Shown: positions 59,276 to 64,000 of the stretch, in pieces
Position numbering within the stretch: position 1 is the first letter of the stretch
Layout of the letters: every line of letters begins with the position of its first letter
DNA from: Nitrosopumilus sp.
GTDB taxonomy: Archaea > Thermoproteota > Nitrososphaeria > Nitrososphaerales > Nitrosopumilaceae
Assembly (NCBI GenBank): GCA_963662625.1
Contig: OY759726.1
Span: forward strand, 256,001-320,000
DNA length: 64,000 bases
Reading direction: 5' to 3'
Made by a program: the position numbers and the translations under genes
The notes under the pieces: model-generated
What the model was told of the DNA's origin: nothing
The model's database searches: none
What the model saw: only the letters and a program-made list of their open reading frames with translations

Positions 59276-61699
59276 TCAGCCGGGACCGGCAGAAACCCTG
59301 GACACGCCGTCCTGCTTCGTTACCCTGAACACGTGGTCCACGTATGTCTCCAGTTCCTTCTCGTGGGAGACAAGCACTATCTGCTCTGATTCCAGATCCT
59401 CCAGCACCTCCCGCATCCTCTCCAGCTGGCCCTTTGAGAACCCGTCCGTGGGCTCGTCGAGTATCAGCAGGTTCGACTTCATCGAGTCGGTCTCCTTCCT
59501 GATCAGGGAGTTCAGCGTGAGCCTGTACGCCAGGGCGACGCTCGTCTTCTCCCCCCCGGACATGTATTCCACCTGCTGCTCGAACCCGTCCTGCTCGACC
59601 GTGGGGGCAAAGTCCTCGTCGATCCTGGACTCCTTGTTGGGATCGTCCACCAGGATCGAGTACCACCTGCGGTACGTCTCGTTAAAGTTCTGCAGGATGT
59701 TGAGCAGCACCTGCTTCTCGATGCTTTTGGTGGTGGGTATGAAGAACCGCTCCAGCCACTCGCCGCATTCCGTGATCTCGTCGAATCTTTCCTTCCACCT
59801 CCTGGACGCCACGATTCTTTCGTTGTTTGCCGCCACCCTTTTCTCCTCCTGCGACTTTCTCTCCGTTTGCCGGGCCAGCCTGCGTTCTGCGTCGGTGGCC
59901 TCTTCCCGCGACGCCTCCAGCAGTGCTTCCTTTTCCGCCATGCGCTCGTCTAGGCCGCCGAAGCCGTCCAGTTGCGACAGCAGTGCCTTCAGCTCGTCCC
60001 TGTTTTCTGAAGCCAGCCTTGCCTGCTCTTCCTCGGCTCTCTTGTTCTCCTCGATCCTGCCCTCGGCCCTCCTGATCGCGTCCGCCACCATGTCCATCCG
60101 TTCTTTGGCATGCTCGTATTCGACCAGCCCGTCCCTGGTTTCAGTCAGCCGCGCGAGGGGGTCGTCCCCGTACTTCCCGCCGGCGCTCTCCGCCTCCAAC
60201 CCGGATATTCTGGCCACGACGCCGCCCAGTTTCGCCTTCTTTGACTCCAGCTCGCCGATCCGCCGGATCGATTCTTGGACGTGGGCGATCCTGGAATCGC
60301 GTGACTCCATCTCTGACCTGATCTCCTCCAGCCTGGAGCCCGCCTCGCCAAGCGATTCGGCGGCCTCCGTGATCTCGGCTTCCAGGCCCCGTATCTGGCC
60401 CCGTTTAGTGCCGACCAGGTCGTGGTGGTGCGCTTCGGTGATCTCCTGCTTGCAGGTGGGGCACGCGTTTCCCAGCTGCTCAAACTCCCTGATCTCTTCT
60501 TCCAGGTCCCCCTTCCGCGTCCGTCCACGCGTCTGTTTTTCTTGGGCCTCCCCGCGCTTTCTCTCCCACGCGTCCAGAAACTTGGCCGACGCGCTCCTTT
60601 CGGCGTTCAGCCTATCCAGTTCCCTTTCCAGGCCGGCCCTGTCGCCGTAGGCAGTTCCGCCCGGGGCCTCCGCGGCTGAAATCTCGGCCTCGAGGCCGTC
60701 CTTCTCCGCGTTGAGCCTGATCAGCCCGTCCTCCGTCTTCCGGAACCTCGCGATCTCCTCCTCCAGCTCGCGGATCGTCTTTGTGGTGTCGGGCTTTTCG
60801 ACGGCGTTAAGCCCCTCCAGACTCGAGCTTTTCCCCCTCACCTCTGCCTCGAGTGCCTCCGTTTCGGCCCTGAGATCCGCCGCCCGCCTTTCTGCAGACC
60901 CTATCCTCTCCTCCGCCGACGCCTTCCGGCCCTCGATCCTGGTCATCTCGACCCTGTCCTCCCGCAGCCCCTCCAGTTCCTTGGCGGCATCCTTCACCGC
61001 CAGCTCGTGCCCTTGTTTTTCCAGCTGCGTCTCCCTGATGGACGACTCTAGCCCCGAAATGGCTTCCGCCGCCTCCCTGTTCTCGCTTTCCAGTCCCGGG
61101 ATGTCCTTGAACCTTTCCTGCAGTATTTCCCGCCTGTGCCCGATCTCCCGCACCAGCTCGGAGGCGTTTGAGGCGGCCGTGCTGTATTCCTCGATTCCGA
61201 ACGCCCTCCGGATGGTCTCCGGCCGCTTCTTCGGGTTCGCGAGCACCTCCTTCATGGCCTCCTGCGGCGTGAACACCGCGTACCTGAAGATCCTGCTCTC
61301 GGCCTTTGGATCCGCGGGCTCGTTGAACTTGAGGATCTGCAGGACCCTCTGCTTCAGTTCCGACGGCGACAGCGGCTCCTTCTCGCCCCCGATCGTGATC
61401 CACGACTCCTTCGGGTCCTGGCTGACCGCCGAGTTCCTCCTCCTCAGGGTCCTCCGTATGCCGTATTTTTCCCCGCCCACTGAAAACTCCAGCATGACGT
61501 AGCCCGACTCGGACCTTTTTGCCAGCAGGGACTCGGCGTTCTGCGAGCCCAGCCCGAAGAGCGCAAACTCTATGGACATCAGGATCGTGGACTTGCCCGA
61601 GCCCATGTCTCCCTCGAACAGCGATGTCCCCCCTGGGAACTCGATCCTCTCGTGCCTGTAGCTCCTGATGCCGTCTATGGTTATGGAATCAAGGATCAT
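59276..61699 (-). CDS. rad50: DNA double-strand break repair ATPase Rad50
   Basis: GDMGSGKS, CPTC zinc hook, MSGGE, LDEPT. Confidence 0.93.
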   Translation of the reverse strand: MILDSITIDGIRSYRHERIEFPGGTSLFEGDMGSGKSTILMSIEFALFGLGSQNAESLLAKRSESGYVMLEFSVGGEKYGIRRTLRRRNSAVSQDPKESWITIGGEKEPLSPSELKQRVLQILKFNEPADPKAESRIFRYAVFTPQEAMKEVLANPKKRPETIRRAFGIEEYSTAASNASELVREIGHRREILQERFKDIPGLESENREAAEAISGLESSIRETQLEKQGHELAVKDAAKELEGLREDRVEMTRIEGRKASAEERIGSAERRAADLRAETEALEAEVRGKSSSLEGLNAVEKPDTTKTIRELEEEIARFRKTEDGLIRLNAEKDGLEAEISAAEAPGGTAYGDRAGLERELDRLNAERSASAKFLDAWERKRGEAQEKQTRGRTRKGDLEEEIREFEQLGNACPTCKQEITEAHHHDLVGTKRGQIRGLEAEITEAAESLGEAGSRLEEIRSEMESRDSRIAHVQESIRRIGELESKKAKLGGVVARISGLEAESAGGKYGDDPLARLTETRDGLVEYEHAKERMDMVADAIRRAEGRIEENKRAEEEQARLASENRDELKALLSQLDGFGGLDERMAEKEALLEASREEATDAERRLARQTERKSQEEKRVAANNERIVASRRWKERFDEITECGEWLERFFIPTTKSIEKQVLLNILQNFNETYRRWYSILVDDPNKESRIDEDFAPTVEQDGFEQQVEYMSGGEKTSVALAYRLTLNSLIRKETDSMKSNLLILDEPTDGFSKGQLERMREVLEDLESEQIVLVSHEKELETYVDHVFRVTKQDGVSRVSAGPG

Positions 61700-62945
61700 C
61701 GACGCCTGCCCCCAGCATGGCCAGGGCGTTGCCCCTGACCCTCGTGACGTAGTCGCCCTTCCTCTCGTTTGTGAGTTGCCCCTGTCCCAGCTCGCGCAGC
61801 AGCCCCTTCGCGAGCCTGACCCCGGCGTCCCCCAGCAGCCTCTCCTGCGAAAGCCGCAGTTGCCCTATGTTCTCCCTGAACACGTTGGTCTCTATCTCGT
61901 CCCTGTTTGAGCCCTTGGCCTCCGTGATGGTGTATTCCCTGGACGTGAGCTGTCCCCTTGAGATGTTTACCGCGAGCGCCCCCCTGTCCCCCAGGTCGAC
62001 CCTGAGGCCCGACGTGTCCACGTCCGACGTCTTCCCGGACGTCATCTCCCCCCGGATCTTCACGATCACGATCTTCTGCGCCGGGTCGACGCCCCCGGCC
62101 TTCGCCTCCAGCTCCGCGTTCACCGATTCGGACTTGCGGCCCTTCGCGTCGATGTCGATCACCCCGTACTGCGCGTTCTCCACCGGGACGAACTCCACGG
62201 AGTTTACGGCATCCCCAAAGTCCACCAGGAAGAACCCCCTCTGCTGGCCCCTGGCGTTCTCCTCGAGGTCCGCGGGGTGCCCCGCAAACAGCGTGCCGGG
62301 GTACACCACGTGGGGATAGTCCGCAAACTCCCGGTGGTTGGGCTTGTGCATGTGGCCCCCGGCATAGTACGCGAATCCCTTGGGGAGCAGCGAGAGCGGC
62401 ATGTGGTCCCCGTCCATGCCGGGCTCCGTCTTCATCTCGCCTATCCCGCCGTGGAAGAGGAATATCTTAAAGCCGGGCTCTGATTCCAGGCGCCGCCTGT
62501 CCAGCTTCTCGTACCACTCCCTGTCCTTGCCCACCTTGAGCCCCGAAAGGCCGGCAATCTTGGCGCCAGTCCTCCCGTCGGTCAGGAAGTCCAGGGATAT
62601 CGCCCCGTCCTCGCCGGGGGACGCCAGGGTCACCTTTATGATGTATCCCACCTCTGCCAGCAGGTCTATCACGGAGTTGGACACCGGCGAAAAGTCGTGG
62701 CTCCCGTACACGACGTAGACCGGGATTCCCGCCTCGTGCAGCCTGCGAAACCCTGCAAAGGCGAATTTCTGGACCCCCATGTCCGGAATGTTTACGTGGA
62801 ATATGTCCCCGGGCATCAGCACGAAGTCCACCCCGCGGGAGATGCACTCGCCCAGGGCCCTCTCGAAGACCGCCCTCTCTATCCCCTGCAGCGCCTCGTG
62901 CTTTTGGAAGCCCAGGTGGATGTCCGAGAGGTGGGCGAACCTCAC
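61689..62945 (-). CDS. mre11: DNA repair nuclease Mre11
   Basis: SDIHLG, GDIFH, GSHD, GGHMH. Confidence 0.93.
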   Translation of the reverse strand: MRFAHLSDIHLGFQKHEALQGIERAVFERALGECISRGVDFVLMPGDIFHVNIPDMGVQKFAFAGFRRLHEAGIPVYVVYGSHDFSPVSNSVIDLLAEVGYIIKVTLASPGEDGAISLDFLTDGRTGAKIAGLSGLKVGKDREWYEKLDRRRLESEPGFKIFLFHGGIGEMKTEPGMDGDHMPLSLLPKGFAYYAGGHMHKPNHREFADYPHVVYPGTLFAGHPADLEENARGQQRGFFLVDFGDAVNSVEFVPVENAQYGVIDIDAKGRKSESVNAELEAKAGGVDPAQKIVIVKIRGEMTSGKTSDVDTSGLRVDLGDRGALAVNISRGQLTSREYTITEAKGSNRDEIETNVFRENIGQLRLSQERLLGDAGVRLAKGLLRELGQGQLTNERKGDYVTRVRGNALAMLGAGVDDP

Positions 62946-64000
62946 CTAGAACACCCTCGTCTTGCTGGGCCCCGCGCCGTCCCCCCGCCCGGGCCTGGCC
63001 ATGTCCTCGAACAGGGGCACCTTGATCGGCATGGCAAACGGCACGAAGATGCTGGTTATTATGGCCTCCCCCCTGTCCAGGCTGGCTATGTTCTTGTCGT
63101 CCTCGGACAGGTCCTGCGAGGCGGACGCAATGATCGCCTCCCGCTCCTGCTTCATCTCGTTGCCCAGGATTATCTTGGTATTCATGTTCGCCAGGATCGT
63201 CTTGGGGATGACGCTGCTCAGCTGGGTGACCGCGGTCAGGCCGACCTTGAACTTCCTCCCCTCCTTCGCGATCGTCGCGTAGATGTTGTAGTTTTTCGAC
63301 GTAAGGACGTCCTCCCCGATGACGCGCGGCGCCTCCTCGATCACGATGGTGGCCACCGGCTTCCTGTCCAGCTCCCCGGCCGCCTTGGCGTCCTTGTAGT
63401 CCTGCAGCAGCCTAGATGCTATGATGTTCCCGACCAGCAGTTCTGCCTCGTCGCCTAGCCTGGACGTGTCCAGCACGACCACTCTCCCCTCCTCGACGTC
63501 CCGCACGATGTCTGCCACGGTGGCCCTGCCCCTGGTGTCGGAGTCGAACACCTCGTGCCGTGACACCACGCGTCCCTCCTCGTCCCTCTCCAGGCCAAGG
63601 CTCAGGCGCAGCTTTCTCTGGACCACCATGAGGGTGGGGGCCTTGACCTCCCACTGGCCCCTGCCGTCCCCGCCTGCCTCCACCGCCGCCGGGTCGGCCA
63701 GCACCAGCTCCCTGATCCAGTTTCTCCCGTGCCTCCTGAACGCCAGCCTTATTGCCTGGAACTGCGGGTCCGAGAAGTCCATGATCCCCTCAAAGTGGTC
63801 CGGGCGGATCGATTCCAGGTTGATCGTGAGCCTGCTGGCGCCGGCCGGCGGGCTTGAGGGGGTGTAATAGACCAGGCCGTTCCTGGCGTTTGGGTGGTCC
63901 CTGAGCCCGGGGCCAGTCCTCCCAAAGTACTCGTCGTGCGCGTCGAGGACCAGCGCGCCGACCCTGCTCGTGCCAAGGACGTGCCACAGGATGGTCTTGA
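62946..64000 (-). CDS. herA: HerA helicase (partial, starts outside window)
   Basis: [22 protein letters not shown] motifs; upstream of mre11-rad50. Confidence 0.9.
   Translation of the reverse strand, partial: KTILWHVLGTSRVGALVLDAHDEYFGRTGPGLRDHPNARNGLVYYTPSSPPAGASRLTINLESIRPDHFEGIMDFSDPQFQAIRLAFRRHGRNWIRELVLADPAAVEAGGDGRGQWEVKAPTLMVVQRKLRLSLGLERDEEGRVVSRHEVFDSDTRGRATVADIVRDVEEGRVVVLDTSRLGDEAELLVGNIIASRLLQDYKDAKAAGELDRKPVATIVIEEAPRVIGEDVLTSKNYNIYATIAKEGRKFKVGLTAVTQLSSVIPKTILANMNTKIILGNEMKQEREAIIASASQDLSEDDKNIASLDRGEAIITSIFVPFAMPIKVPLFEDMARPGRGDGAGPSKTRVF

Overview
Window from an unusually GC-rich ammonia-oxidising archaeon (Nitrososphaerota/Thaumarchaeota, Nitrosopumilaceae-like; possibly host-associated, which is inference). 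Core content: sugar-nucleotide genes, thiDN/thiC, the archaeal shikimate/aromatic operon, mqnC/ubiD, translation genes (S24e, S27ae, L39e, L31e, L15e, aIF-5A, aIF-1A, SRP54, Pus10, Dph6, a MiaB-like enzyme), divergent FtsZ, fumarase, AOA-type NirK, SerA, a cupredoxin and herA-mre11-rad50. RNA genes read directly from the sequence: intron-containing tRNA-Tyr(GTA), a two-intron tRNA-Gln(CTG) and a box C/D guide sRNA predicted to methylate C34 of tRNA-Met. Accessory content: two apparently identical ISH3-family elements, one nested in an older inverted copy of itself, all at GGGCCC sites; IS630-, IS66- and integrase relics; a 37-35-37 bp CRISPR-like repeat directly before an interrupted secreted-protein gene inside the aro operon; a DUF285/BspA-like surface protein with constant scaffolds and hypervariable cassettes; and perfect coding minisatellites. 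Dead elements show a strong A:T->G:C transition bias, suggesting a GC-driving mutational regime. No database searches were run; family calls rest on recognised motifs.
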